A stretch of 62,269 nt of DNA, filler included. It is 5 parts of 5 records of this genome, joined end to end, with 100 filler letters (N's around TTAATTAATTAA, not from the genome) between each part and the next. Parts side by side here need not be neighbours in the genome. Positions count along the whole stretch, not along the records: positions 21,707 to 30,125 come from SRR2962707_4360; positions 30,226 to 49,307 come from SRR2962707_4361; 3 more parts are not named here. The stretch is one strand, 5' to 3'. Shown piece after piece: positions 28,622-41,000 of this stretch. The notes beneath the pieces are model-generated. The model was not told where the DNA came from, did not search any database, and saw only the letters and a program-made list of their open reading frames with translations. Numbering within the stretch: the first letter of the stretch is position 1; each line of letters opens with the position of its first letter. The translations under genes were made by a program, and so were the position numbers.

Positions 28622-29911
28622 TTACTTCCGGTCATTTAGCATCAAGACCTTGGCCTCATGCTTCGGCTCGCCCATGGCCGCTGCAAGACCAGTTCCAATG
28701 GTATTGGAAGCCTTCCGCACCGGATCCGCGTCGAGGTGAGCATAGCGGGCGGTCGTCTGTGGTTGAGTATGCCCGAGCAACTTTCCGATTATCGGGAGGC
28801 CCATTCCACCGCCAGCACCAAAGGCAGCGAAGTTGTGTCGTAGGTCATGGAGACGGAGGCCGTCGAGTTTGGCGTGTCGGGTGACCACCGCCCAGGGGCG
28901 CTTTAGGTCCGAACGGGGGCGCTCGCTTTCGGTTCCTGCGCTGTCGCCCGCAATGACGTACTTTCCGACTCGGCTCAGGCCATTGAGTACGGTCAAGGCT
29001 GGCGCATTAAGTACGATAGTTTTTTTGCCAGTCTTGGAATCCGGCAAGAGCAGCAGACCTCTTTCGAAATCAACATGTTCCCATTCGAGGTGTAAGATTT
29101 CACGGAGGCGTGCGCCGGTGAAAATGAGCAAACGTAGAGCTGCAGCTGCGTGCTCCCCAATGACAGTTTCTCGTTTCTCCTTTCTGAGGTGCTTGGTCCT
29201 CTTCTCGGGGTCAATGTGCCATGGAACGCCAATTGTCTCGGCCTCACGGATGGCACGGCCCAAACGGTCCAGCTCTTCTGACGAAAGGAAGCGTTCTCTG
29301 TGTTCCTCGCGGTACTTGTCGATCCCCCGTGCTGGATTCTGTTCGGCATCGAGCAATCCGCGCCGGAATGCGAAGCCGAACATTGAGCTGATGATTGCAA
29401 CCGTTCGATTGGCCTGAGCGGGGGTCTCTCTCATTTTTAGGTGGAGTCGCGCCACATCAGCGCGCTTCACGTCCTTCGCCTTCTTGGCTCCCAATGCAGG
29501 AACGATCCAGACGCGCATAACGCCGTCGTAGCTTGTCTTGGTCCCTGCCTTGCGTTTGGCTCCCACGTGTTCCCAGAGGAACATCTCGGCCAGTTCGGCT
29601 ACTGTGAGCGCTTTCCTCTGTTGTTCCTTCTGCGCTTGTGGGTCGGCCCCCATGTTCACCATGGAACGGAGACGCTGAACCTCAGCTCGCGCCTCTTCCG
29701 GAGTGAAGCGTTTGCTTGAACCGATCGTCACCCTTTTTTTGGGTGCGCGGCGCCCACCCTCGCCGGCGCGATACTCATAGATCCACGACTTTTGGCCGGT
29801 GGGTGAAACACGTAACCCAAAGCCGCTGATCTCGGTGTCGAATAGCGTGTAACGCGCCTGAGCGGGAAGTGCGGCGTCAACGGATCGCTTGGTGAGTTTG
29901 GCAATGGGCAT
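28622..29911 (-). CDS. P4-like tyrosine integrase with N-terminal arm-binding domain
   Basis: N-terminal DTEISGFGLRVSPTGQKSWIYEYR...RVTIG; FTGARLRE, DSKTG, LHDLRH, LLGH, TARYAH. Confidence 0.95.
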   Translation of the reverse strand: MPIAKLTKRSVDAALPAQARYTLFDTEISGFGLRVSPTGQKSWIYEYRAGEGGRRAPKKRVTIGSSKRFTPEEARAEVQRLRSMVNMGADPQAQKEQQRKALTVAELAEMFLWEHVGAKRKAGTKTSYDGVMRVWIVPALGAKKAKDVKRADVARLHLKMRETPAQANRTVAIISSMFGFAFRRGLLDAEQNPARGIDKYREEHRERFLSSEELDRLGRAIREAETIGVPWHIDPEKRTKHLRKEKRETVIGEHAAAALRLLIFTGARLREILHLEWEHVDFERGLLLLPDSKTGKKTIVLNAPALTVLNGLSRVGKYVIAGDSAGTESERPRSDLKRPWAVVTRHAKLDGLRLHDLRHNFAAFGAGGGMGLPIIGKLLGHTQPQTTARYAHLDADPVRKASNTIGTGLAAAMGEPKHEAKVLMLNDRK

Positions 29912-29928
29912 GTTTGCTCCCGTCCTCG

Positions 29929-29962
29929 CTGGGCGCCACCTGGGCACCACTGGGGCGCCACC
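29929..29962 (+). repeat. Putative integrase arm-type sites, right end
   Basis: Three tandem GGGCRCCAC units: CTGGGCGCCACC TGGGCACCAC TGGGGCGCCACC. Confidence 0.65.
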
Positions 29963-30079
29963 AATCGTGAATGCTCACGGCAACGCTCGGAGGCAGGGTA
30001 CGATCAACAGTCCATGATATCAAGGATTGTAGGCGACGGCAGACAACTTCCCGACCCAACAGAAGACAGAAATCCTGAA

Positions 30080-30125
30080 ATTCGTAATGATGGGGTCAGG
30101 TGTTCGAGTCACCTATGCGGCACCA
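30080..30125 (+). tRNA. 3' half of tRNA-Thr(CGT); an att fragment, not a complete tRNA
   Basis: Anticodon loop TT-CGT-AA, T-arm AGGTG-TTCGAGT-CACCT, ATGCGGC-A-CCA; the upstream sequence cannot form the 5' half. Confidence 0.8.
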
Positions 30126-30225
30126 NNNNNNNNNNNNNNNNNNNNNNNNNNNNNNNNNNNNNNNNNNNNTTAATTAATTAANNNNNNNNNNNNNNNNNNN
30201 NNNNNNNNNNNNNNNNNNNNNNNNN
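30126..30225. other. Artificial contig linker
   Basis: N44-TTAATTAATTAA-N44. Confidence 0.98.
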
Positions 30226-30250
30226 TGCCTGCCTGCCTGCCTGCCTGCCT
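30226..30250 (+). repeat. (TGCC)6 microsatellite at contig edge
   Basis: Read directly. Confidence 0.9.
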
Positions 30251-30467
30251 GTCTGACTGTGCGAATATCACCGATGAAGGTAGAAAGCGACTGCGTACCA
30301 CAGGAAAGTGCTGCTTCTGTCGTGCGCAAAAATCCGTCTTTTTTTGTTGTTGTTGTTACTTTTTATTATTGTCGTTCAGTCTCGCCCAACACGCCGCGCT
30401 TTGCCTGCTTGCTCGGCGTGTCCCCAACCCGCAAAAACAAACGTCTCTCGGCGTAGTCCAAGGCGCA

Positions 30468-31884
30468 ATGGCCGCTCCACACGCCCTAAACTCGCCCAGA
30501 TCCCAGTCATCCCGTCCCTCCCCTGCTGCTGAAATTGCTGATCCAGCTCCAGCTCCTGCTGCTCCAATTCCTGCTTCGGCGTCTTGCGATCGAGCTCGGC
30601 ACACGCCGTTGTCGCACTTTTTTCGGTCGGTTCTGGCAGGTGGCTTCGCCTCCACGATCGCAAAGACTGCAGTCGCCCCAGGTGAGCGGGTGCGGATCAT
30701 CCTCCAGACTCGCTCTCTCTTCGCCGGTGGCTCGTCGAGCGGAGCTTCCTCGTCTTCTGCTGCAGCCGCTCGGCAGGCGGCTTCGGGCGACGGTGTTCTT
30801 GCCCTAGTGCGTCATATAGTCTCGTCTGAGAAAGGTGGGGTACGAGCGTTGTGGCGCGGAAACTTGGCCAATTGCTTACGGTCTTTCCCGAGCTACGCCC
30901 TTCGATTCAGTTTGTTTGATAGGCTACGAGCTGCGACCCCAGATTCGTTTCACAATTCTTTCGGCGGGGCCTTGCTGCTAGGGGCCTTTTCGGGGGCGAC
31001 CACGACGTTCGTCACCTACCCGTTGGACCTGATTCGCACGAAAATGTCGGTCGACTCCATCGCTGCAAACTCGTCCGCTGCATCCAATGTGAAGTCAGAC
31101 ACGAGGTCAGTCCGTAGTGTCTCGGCCGAGCAGGAGAGAAGAGAATCCCCATCTCGCGCGGCCGTTTGGTTTTTCGCGCGAATCCTCCTTCCCGTGTCTA
31201 CCGTGTTGCTTGTTTTCATTCATTTGCATTCATTTATTATTGTGCATGTGACTGCCGGCATGGTGATTCGCAGGCACCGGGGGATGGTGCATCATGCTGC
31301 GGCCACTTTTCGTCGTGGAGGGTTTTGGGGTTTGTACCGCGGCCTGACCATGAGCATCATCGAAATCATGCCATACACGGCGATATCGCTCGGCGGGTTA
31401 GTTTGCACAAGCCATTCGGAGTTATCCTGAAAACCCATTGCGGTCGTGCAAACCATGCCATTCGCGGTCGTGCAAAGTGGTTGTTGCGTGACGCACTCAA
31501 CTGGTAAACTTACTTCGTTGTGGAACTTTGTTGTTGCGTAGATATGACTTTGCAAAGACTTTCATTGTTGGGCACCGCCAAGATCAGTCACCCCCAGGCG
31601 TCATCCAGAAGCTTGCCGTAGGTTGGAGTGCGGGACTCACTGCATCGCTTGTGTGCTATCCGCTGGACACAATCAAGCGCCACGTGATGCTGGAGACCGC
31701 GGACGTTGGAGCTGGAGGCAATCTCACAGATTCACCCATCTTGCGCCACACGCGCGCTATTTTTGCCCGCCATGGACTTGGTGGTTTTTACCGAGGATGT
31801 CTGGTGAATGCCGTCAAGTCTGCTCCTGCAGCAGCAATCGCCCTTGTGGCCAACGACACGTTGAAGCAACTTTGTGGTCTGTAG
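30468..31884 (+). CDS. Eukaryotic mitochondrial carrier (SLC25; CoA/adenine-nucleotide-like group), 3 exons, ~367 aa
   Basis: Exons 30468-31105, 31274-31396, 31542-31884 with GT..AG introns; three carrier motifs (APGERVR, YPLDLIRTK, YPLDTIKRH) plus LWRGN, LYRG, FYRG. Confidence 0.88.
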
Positions 31885-32078
31885 CGGTTTGCCCGGACAG
31901 GACACTCTCTTTGTGGAATAAATAATAATTTTATTTTGGGACCGAGGTGCCGCTACGGTCGCACGCTGTGTGTTGTGCTGCATAAATTTTTGCAGACGAC
32001 GTGTCGAAAGCACACTGCCGGTACTACGAAAGCTATCGCTGCTGGGCTGATCTTGTGCCAACTGCAACAACAATGCCT

Positions 32079-35000
32079 CTACAGTGCAGCACCCCTGCGC
32101 TTGCTGCGCTTCTTTTTGCGCCGTGATTGTGCGCTTCGCGAGACTTGGCCTTCTTGAATCTCGTAGTTGTGCAGCTTCAGCTGCTTGATGGTTTCAAGCA
32201 ACTTTGAGGCATCCTCGCTACTCATAATACCGTCTTCGATCGCAAACGGCTCCACCATATGCTGTTGCGACAGCGCGATATTTTCAGCGTGAAGCTGGAG
32301 CAAGTGTTCCTGCATTTGAGACACCATTATCCCCATCCGTCTCTGAATTGTCTCGGTCTGGTCACCCTGGCTGGAAGACACTTCCAGACCATCCGAAACA
32401 GCAACAATCTTGGAACCCTTCACCTTGCCTTTGGTCTGCAAACAAATTTGACCACCATGCAACGTTTCAGTTGCCGAAGCCATACCACTTGTGTCGTGTC
32501 GGTGTAGCGCACAACACAAGGCACCAAAACGCAATGTGTACCGCAAACAGGCACGCAATAATTACCCGAGGTAGCTCGCTATCATTCCACGAAATGTCCA
32601 CATCCTGTGCACCTGCGGCCATGGCAGCCCGCTCAGCGATTGCTTGCTGCCGCTCTCGCTCAATTTTTTTCCGATAGCTCAGCTTCATCACCACGAGGCC
32701 CACGGTTAATGCAACAACAACGACCGCGACTGCTGCAATAATGTACCTACCAAGCGCATAGGACAGACCGCTTTCACCAGCTCCAAAGGGCATGGACAAC
32801 GACATTTTCTCAGTGGCTCAGAACAGGCAGAAGCGCGACGGAACTCTCACCACACGATAGATCCATCTTCGCTCTCCAAGAAATCACCTGGAAAGTGGTG
32901 TGTTGCCATTGGACAATTCTTTCACTTGAGAAAACGGAACTTGACGCGCAAGCACCCCAATCAACGACATCCATCGCAAAAGCAGTGTCGAACTGGCTTA
33001 CCAAAGTCGTTGAATCCATTTTGCACCACAATAGTATCACCTCCTGTTGGGACTGGATACTCATTAACGACTGTAATTGACGCTAGCTTTCTCCCCAGCA
33101 GAGCGTACCTTGCGCGACAAAGACAACAACAATGCGAAGAGAACCCGCACGTATGGGATTCCACAATATAACGTAACGTCAAAAACCCGCAACGTCAAAA
33201 ATCAAAAAAACTCTGCCCGCTCTACAGGCACTCGTCAAATGACCCACATTGTATCGTTTGACGCGACTTTGTGCGCGAGATCATATACGACAGTCTTTCC
33301 AGCGCTGCTATTCTTGCCGGTGACGGTCACCATCTGTGGCACCATCCACTCCCCACTGTAAGTGCCATTTTCGTCCAGACCAAGAGCATCTGCAGGAAAA
33401 TGCCCCGATGCGAGAGACCCGGCGGTCATGATTTTATCGCTCGTGGCCTGTGGTGAAAAGATCACTGTAGCTGGTGACAGATTACTTTCAGTCGGCATGC
33501 TTGATTCAAGCGTCAAAGAGACGGGGAAGTAGGGTCGAGAGGTTAGAAAGTAAACAACAACGTCCTGAGCCCCTGATGAATTTGTTTCGAGGCGCGCATT
33601 GGAGCTTGCAGCATTTGCTTCCTCTGCGTTCTGGTCTGCCAACGAAGTTGCCGAACCAGATCTAAGCGCTGTCGAAGCAGCAGTGGTAGTGGTGGCAGAC
33701 GTTGGTGGCGATGTGGAGGTTGTGGTTGCACCTGCCGGCGCGAGGGACGTTACCATGCCATTTCTATCGCCAACGTTTTCAGTGACATCCGTGGTCCATT
33801 TTGAGGCAAACGACCGAGCTTGATCGCCGAGCAGAACCACAATCCCCGAAGTGTCGGCATCTTCACTGACGATCTGCACAGTTGCCATGGCATCTCGACC
33901 AAAGTCAAAGGAATCGTAAGCATGATCCTCGAGCGAAACCGTAGCAACTTCCAAAGTGCTGATACGGTTCCCATCGTCACGCCAATCGTGCAAGCAGTGC
34001 ATTGTCAGCGTTTGGGGAGTGTTCCAGTTTGATGGTTCAAAAAACAGATATCCACCTTCTGGAAATATCTCAGGCTCCAGTGTCATGCCAGTGTGTGCAT
34101 CGTACGCCTGTGACGTTCCGCCTACCACGCAAAAAAAAGAGGAAAACAGCAAGTGACTCGGTTTGAATGGGTTCATGCCAGCAGTACGGCGTCAAAGCAA
34201 TGAGGCTTCAGAGCACCCCACTCCGCAAAAATATGCACATATTGCCGATAAAAAAACACATTTTGTCAAAAGAGAGTGCATGCACAGATCTACAGGCACG
34301 AACCGCCAGTTGATATCAACTCCACAGCTATTGTAACTGCACCATAGGGCTCGGACGTCAACCAAGTCGTCAACGAAAAGTTTGTCGTGCTGTTTTCTGA
34401 ACAATACAAGGTAACCCAGTCACTTTGATTGACGTCGTAATCCTCGGCGGGCGCCGCGGTTGAACTTGTCGTGTTGTCGCCGATTGCAGGCGCGTTATTA
34501 CTGAAGCCATTGCCCGCAGCGATTGGCTTCGAAAACATTACCGATGGAGGTGAAGTCGGTTCATAATCGCTTGACCATTCAAGCTGAACGCCCACAGCAT
34601 CGTCGTCGAGAATTGTAACGTCGAGTTCAACGTGAAGGTCCAGGTCTGCAAGAAAGCGCCATGAGCAGATGCCGACGGCAAAGTCAATCACTACGATAAT
34701 TTCTGCAAGGATGAGCAGCATTTGAGAGAAAAGGACAAGAATATTGAATTCGAAAACGAACCATTGTAATCAGGTCCAGTCGAGACAGCCCGATCAAAGT
34801 TAATCTTGAAATGGCGGTCTCCGTCAGCTCGGCTATTGTCAACAGCTGCCACGACGACTCGCTGTGGATCACTCCAATTTGTAGCGTCAAAAACAAGCGT
34901 CCCAAAAGCAAGTCCCTGTGAAGGGTCTACTGACCAATAGTTAATTAGAACTGGCGGTGAAAGCGGTTCAGATCTCAGTGCAAGCAAGGCAGAGTGAGTT

Positions 35001-38000
35001 TGCAAACTCGGCTGCGTTTGTTGAGCGTCTGACTCTGATACAATCAACGCCAGAGGCGTTAGCTCCGCCCCCGCTTCATCATCATCCAAAGTTCGAATTA
35101 CGTACAGAGTGTCACTGCCACTCCCACCCGCACCCGTTCCGCTCACATCGCTGCCGACCAAGAGCGCGGCGTACACGAAGTCGTCCGACTCAATACCAAC
35201 AACGCTGACCTCACATGGCTGATCTCCATCGTCAATGTCGTCATCTACACCTCGAATTCCAACAATCTGATCAATGTTCCATGTTGCCTGCGAAAAAAAC
35301 AGTGTCAGCTGTGTTACACCCGCAGTGCTGACCAGCTGATCACTTGTCGATGCACCTTCGACAAAAGCACACTCTGACGCATCGCTCAGGAACAAGCGCA
35401 CATAGACATCTGAAGTTGGCGCAGTTCCAAGTCGAAGCGAAAAGGAAGTCGCAGTGCCATTTTCTGAAACATCCTCGACACTCGAGGGGGCTGACTCGAC
35501 CAGGCCCGCAACGTCAACATCCACCACTTCAATGGATTTATTCATGTTCAGACCGTTGTAATGTGGGTCAACAGACATACACGACAAAGTGTACCAGGCC
35601 AGCTGATCCCCGTCGTCCGCATCGTCTCGCACTCCACGAACAGTCACGTTCATTCCAAAACTCCAATTGGAAGCGTCCAGCCAAAACGTCCGCTCGATGG
35701 CTTCCTCGGCCGGGTTCAAACCACTGCCATCGATAGTCGGGTCCTGTCGTAAAAATGCAACTTCATTTGGGGTCCCGCTTTCCAAGTGCATTCGAACAGG
35801 AAAAATAGGTTCACTCTGCAAAAAGAATCTATGCACACACGTGAAAAAAAAGGATAAAATCTACGCTCGAATCTTTGTTCACCGCGACACGTGACATCAA
35901 TAAGTGACACAGATACAAGCTGGTTGGGCTACACGACACACAAAGGGAGATGCACACACACAGGGCATGCAACCGTACCGGATAACAATGGTGCTTCCTT
36001 CATCAAGACGTAAAATGCCGGGTGCAGTCGAAGACAGGCCTGCTTGGTCATCATCGACGACAGAAAACGGAAACGAGAAGTTGCCCTGTGTCGGTGGAGA
36101 GTACTTGGCATCCAGCGAGGAAAACGAAACCACAGCGTCGAACTGAGTCACTGCGGCAAGCTGCTGCACGTCATCATCCACTGGGTACCTGCCATTCAAA
36201 GACGAGCATGATTCCAAAGGACGCCTGAGACACAGGCACAGCAAACGAAAAACGACGAAAATTGCAGTGTCCCAGTCACAAGGCACGAAACCTACACAAC
36301 AAATCTTGCGGAAGTCGCCCAGGCAGCGGCTGTGAAAACATGCTGAGATGGGCTTATGTAGCCAGCTGCCGCGTTTGAAGTAGTGATTGTGACAACCACA
36401 TCCTGAACTGGCTGGGACAGCAGGTTAAGCCTAATCGGCTGCCCGACAAGGGGATCGGCTTCGCGCAGCACGTCAGATACGGGCTCCACAAGCGATGCAG
36501 TCACACCATGCTCATCATCATCAACGTTGGACAGGTGCAAAGTTGGGATCGGCCGAGTTTTGTAGACGGCATCCTTTTCAAACAAGGCGGCAGACAAACG
36601 TCCAATCCACGGCGGTCAACACAACATGAGCGTACGGACCATACCGGCGTCCAGTGAGCAAACGAGTAATGCTGCAGGATATCAAGTTGATACTCCGACC
36701 CAAACAAGCTCTTACCTGCGTAGCAACTTCGAAAAGTACGTCAAACGGCAGGTCACCATCGTCCACGTCGTCGTCTAATCCTTTGATTGTTATCTTTTGG
36801 TAATTCTGCCAGTTGCCTGGTGTCAAAACAACTCGATCCGGCGAAACTGCCGCCTCCTACACAAACATCAACCAACGTTTCCCCCTGTGAGATAACAAGA
36901 TGTGCATGGACTTGAAAGCCTGTCAGCATTCCAATGGAAACACTATCATCGTGGTGCACAGTCCAGACTTGCCACCCCAATAAGCATCAACGAACCGTTG
37001 GTGGGGTGCACGCAGCTTTGACGAGCACTGGGGATCGTGGAGGAGACAATGTCCGCACAAACCACTCCACAGTCCGACCACTTTCGGAAGTTGTGTATCC
37101 GCGTTTGTAGGAACTGAAGCCTGCAACTGTGAGGTCTTCTCGAAGAAATGTCAATGGTTCTGGGTTTCGCCCATTCAACGCAGCGTATGCTGGATCAGAA
37201 GAAGACACTGAGCATTCAACATCAAAAGGCGTGTCCACCTCAGCAGAGTCTGTCTCGGTTGCGAGCACCGCTACTTCCTGTGGTAAGGCCCAGTTCGACG
37301 CAGTGAAGACAAGCTCACCGTCAGGTGGTGATTCAACCACGCCCAAACGTGCTCGATCACTTGCACAGAGTAAAACCTGCGTGGCACAGGGTGAGCCAAC
37401 AAAAAACGCGTGGATAAATAAGCACAAACACCGCAGATACCAGTAGTCCCTGTCATCAGTTACTGAACTGATCGTTCGCTACAATGTACTCGCGTACACC
37501 ACACAGCTAACGCACCACATCGTCCAATGGCTGTGATGACAAGCGAACCGTGAAGGTCGCAGCAGGCCCAAACTCGCTGACAACTCCCTGATCAAAGTCG
37601 GTGTCCACCACAATTGCTGCCACATCATCATCTTCATTTAAAACTTGGACCACCATGTCACGAGGGGGGGGAGTGACAACGGTCACAGAGCTTTCCGAAA
37701 TAAATTCAGCCGAAACAGTGATGTTGACCTCTTGGTCACCGTCGACGACCGAGTCATCGGCGCCCACAAACCAAACCGTACGACCGGAGTCCCAGTTCTG
37801 TGCAGTTAATTCAAGGGATTGATACTGCCGCGAGTCACCAGTACAATGGGAAGCAATGACGTTCTGCTCGATGCTGTCAATGCAGACCAACACTTCAGTC
37901 GCGTCTGCGGATGCTATGTATATAAGCATGGACGAATTCTGCTGCGGCGAAAAACTCAATGACAAGGTCGCCGCTATACTTTCGCCATCTTCCGACGTTG

Positions 38001-41000
38001 AGAACGCTAGTCCAGCTTGCTTCGGCTCCACAAGTATCCGGACGAAGTCATCGTCGCCATTGACGAGTTGAAGGGATGCCGAAGCTGCTTGTGCGTTCCC
38101 GTGGCTGTACACGAGACTACCACCTCCTCCATTGGAACACTGAAATAATATCTGATACGTAACGTCACCATCCGATTCCTGGTCGTCAACCCCAGTGACG
38201 GTCACGCGACGTGAAATGTTGAAGTTGTCGGCCGTGAAATACCTGCCATGCAGTCATGCATGATGAGTGGCTGTGAAACACTTCAGGTATGTCATTCATA
38301 ACGATACGGGAACACTCATTTTCGTACTGCACCCCACAAAACCACACACGCTTCGATAGAATGAATGTCCTGAAAGATGTCACTCCCTTCAGGCAAAAAA
38401 AATTAAATACTCACAAAAACGAGGACCCAGGTTCCACGATAGCTTCTGATGTGTCAGAAGAAGTCACGGTGACTAATACCACCTGGCCTGGAAACGGGGC
38501 TGCTGTTAGCTTCACTTCCAGCGCTACCTCTGCGCCATCTTCATTTGTGGCGGAGTAGATGGAGTCGGAAGCGATTTCTGCTTCGATGCCAGCAACATCG
38601 TCATTGATGACTGTCACGACCAGGCTGCTCGCGGGAATCGCAGTGAAGCGCTCGTCGTCGGAGGTCAATTCATGTGCAATTGTGATGTCCACCGTTCCAT
38701 CATCTTGTGAGGTATCAATTGCTCGAACGACAATTTCTGCAGCTGCAGACCAATTGCTCTCGCTGAAAACCACGTTGGACGGAGTGACAAATAACCGCGA
38801 TTCGTCCGACGGCACCAAAGACACAGCAACCAGTGAATTAGGCTGTGAGTCCAACTGAAGTGTGTAGCTGAAAGATGCCCCCACGGAGTCTGATGCCAAA
38901 CTTGCCAAGGACTCAAAAATTTCTGGAATAACGTCCGCAGGTTTGGTGAGTAAAATACCAGCGATGTCATTGTCCAAGTTCTCCAAAAGAAGGGTGGCCA
39001 TGGCTCCAGCATAATGAACGTCTTGACCATCGCTGACAACGGCAGGCCCGAAAGTAAGAGAGTATTGAATGGTGCCATCAGGAATATCGTCATCCACTCC
39101 AACGATCACCACGGACTGTTCACGGCTCCACCACGAAGCAGTGCCGTCTCGGGAAAATACCACTTGAGTTGAATTCGCGACACCCTCCGACGGATCGGAT
39201 GAGACAACTGGCACTGCCACTGTCCCAGCAGCAGGTTCACAGAGCAGCCGCACCAACACTACCAGTTGTCCAGAGGCGTCTTCCGACGTAACGCTTGTGC
39301 CCGAGAGCGTGCGGACAGCAAGGCCACTGACGTCATCGTCAAGACACATGAAATCCAGTGGTGGTATCTCAAACTCATCGAAAAGTGGATCATCGGGACA
39401 GGTCAGGGAGATCGGCACTTGCAACTCCCGGTCTCCATCATCCAGGTTGTTATCGACTGCCGTAACCACAAAGATCACCGGAGAAGCCCAGTCGACGGGT
39501 TCAACAGCAAACATTGACGACGACGTCACCAACGCTGCACTGGTGTCGCTTGACGACGCAAAAATGGTGACTCGTCCTGCGGGTCTCGACGACAGTTGAA
39601 CAGCAATTTCAAGTGAAGTCGGGCCACTCTCTGAAACTGCCCTGCTAAGACCTACAAAGGAGGCAGATGCACCACCTTCGTCTTCGTCGGCATTCATGGC
39701 AGCAAGAAGAAGTGATTGACTGGTGTACGAGGCTTGGAAAGGATCGTCTCCTACCGGTTGTGAAGCAACAAGACTGATAGCAACGGTCTGGTCACCATCA
39801 ACCACGCCGTCAGGAATGCCACTAATCTGCAAATACTGTGCCACGTTCCAAACGGCAGGAGTGAAAAGAATGTCGACAGTTTCTGAATACGTTGGCACGC
39901 TACCACTGAGCAATCCAACTTCCCCGATGTCACTGGAAGAAGCAGTTACAACAACATTTGCAAAAGGCTGGGATGCCAAGCGCAGAGCAACTGTTTGAGT
40001 GGCCCCTGCTTCATCAACGATAATTGTTGACGCCTGGTCGACCAGTAGCTTGGTTTCGTCATCATCCTCATTGACACACGAACTGAACTCAAATTTGGAA
40101 TCCGTCCCAGCATCTACTGACCAGCCATAGTGGTCTAGCGGCGACACTTGGTCGACAGAGAATGTCACCGCATATTGGATTGGCCCGTCGTCAAAAGTAT
40201 CATCAACACCTGTGACCGTAAACTCCAAACCCTCTCTGTGTTCGGCCCATACTGATGCACTGAAGTTGAACGTCTCAGGAGCTACCAGCGCTTCCGAGGG
40301 ATCCGAAACTTCTGCACGAACTACCACCCACATCAAAGGTGAAGATGTGAGAGTAACAACTCCGCTGAAAGTCCCACCGCTTTCAGTCGTGCGTGGAAGC
40401 AAGAGCGTGGTTGCCCCAATTCCTGAAGAGTTGGAACGGGCACCAGGATCGCTTGCTCGGGCGGTAATGTTAGCAACGATGAAGGCTGTGTCATCGTCTT
40501 GGTTAGTCAAGGCAACCTCAGATGTCCGTCCATTGTAAATCGGGTCAGCTGACGCAGACAGCAACCTTAAATAGTAAGACATGGCCCCCGGCATGGCATC
40601 AACAACCAAATCATCCTGACCAATGACACGAATAGTTTGAGGAGCATTCCAGGTGCTGCTGGAAAACGTAATTTCGAGCCCTTCTTCGGGAGCCGGCGAC
40701 GGCGACAGCGTGCGGTCAACATGCACAACGACACCTTTGGCCAGGTTCGATGACGTGGCTGTTACCACGACATCACTTGTCGGCTCAGATTTCAGAACCA
40801 CAGTTACATCAACGAAACCACCCGCTTCACTTGTGGTCAAACTGTCATTCACTGATGCTACTGCCAACCCAGTGTTGGCAGGTCCTGCATCAATCGTGAG
40901 GTCAGAAAGCCCATCATATGCACTGTCAGAATTCGAGGCAAACGATGCATTGACAACATCTCCTCCACTACTACTGCCACCGGCACATGGCAAACCAAAG

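Larger units (their letters stand above)
21707..30125. mobile_element. ~8.4-kb integrative element targeting tRNA-Thr(CGT)
   Basis: Identical 29-bp tRNA 3'-end sequence at both contig ends, P4-like integrase next to one copy, AlpA/Xis-like gene, shared arm-type motifs at both ends. Confidence 0.88.

Noticed and set aside
28434-28739. ORF following cassette C as a fourth cassette
   Set aside because: No GNAT fragment precedes it, it has no motif, and it runs antisense into the integrase 3' end.
30080-30125. Functional tRNA-Thr gene
   Set aside because: The 5' half (acceptor 5' strand, D-arm) is absent; this is an att fragment only.
31440-31476. 13-bp direct repeat GCGGTCGTGCAAA in carrier intron 2
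   Set aside because: A single short local duplication; I did not see it in other introns, so there is no evidence of an introner element.
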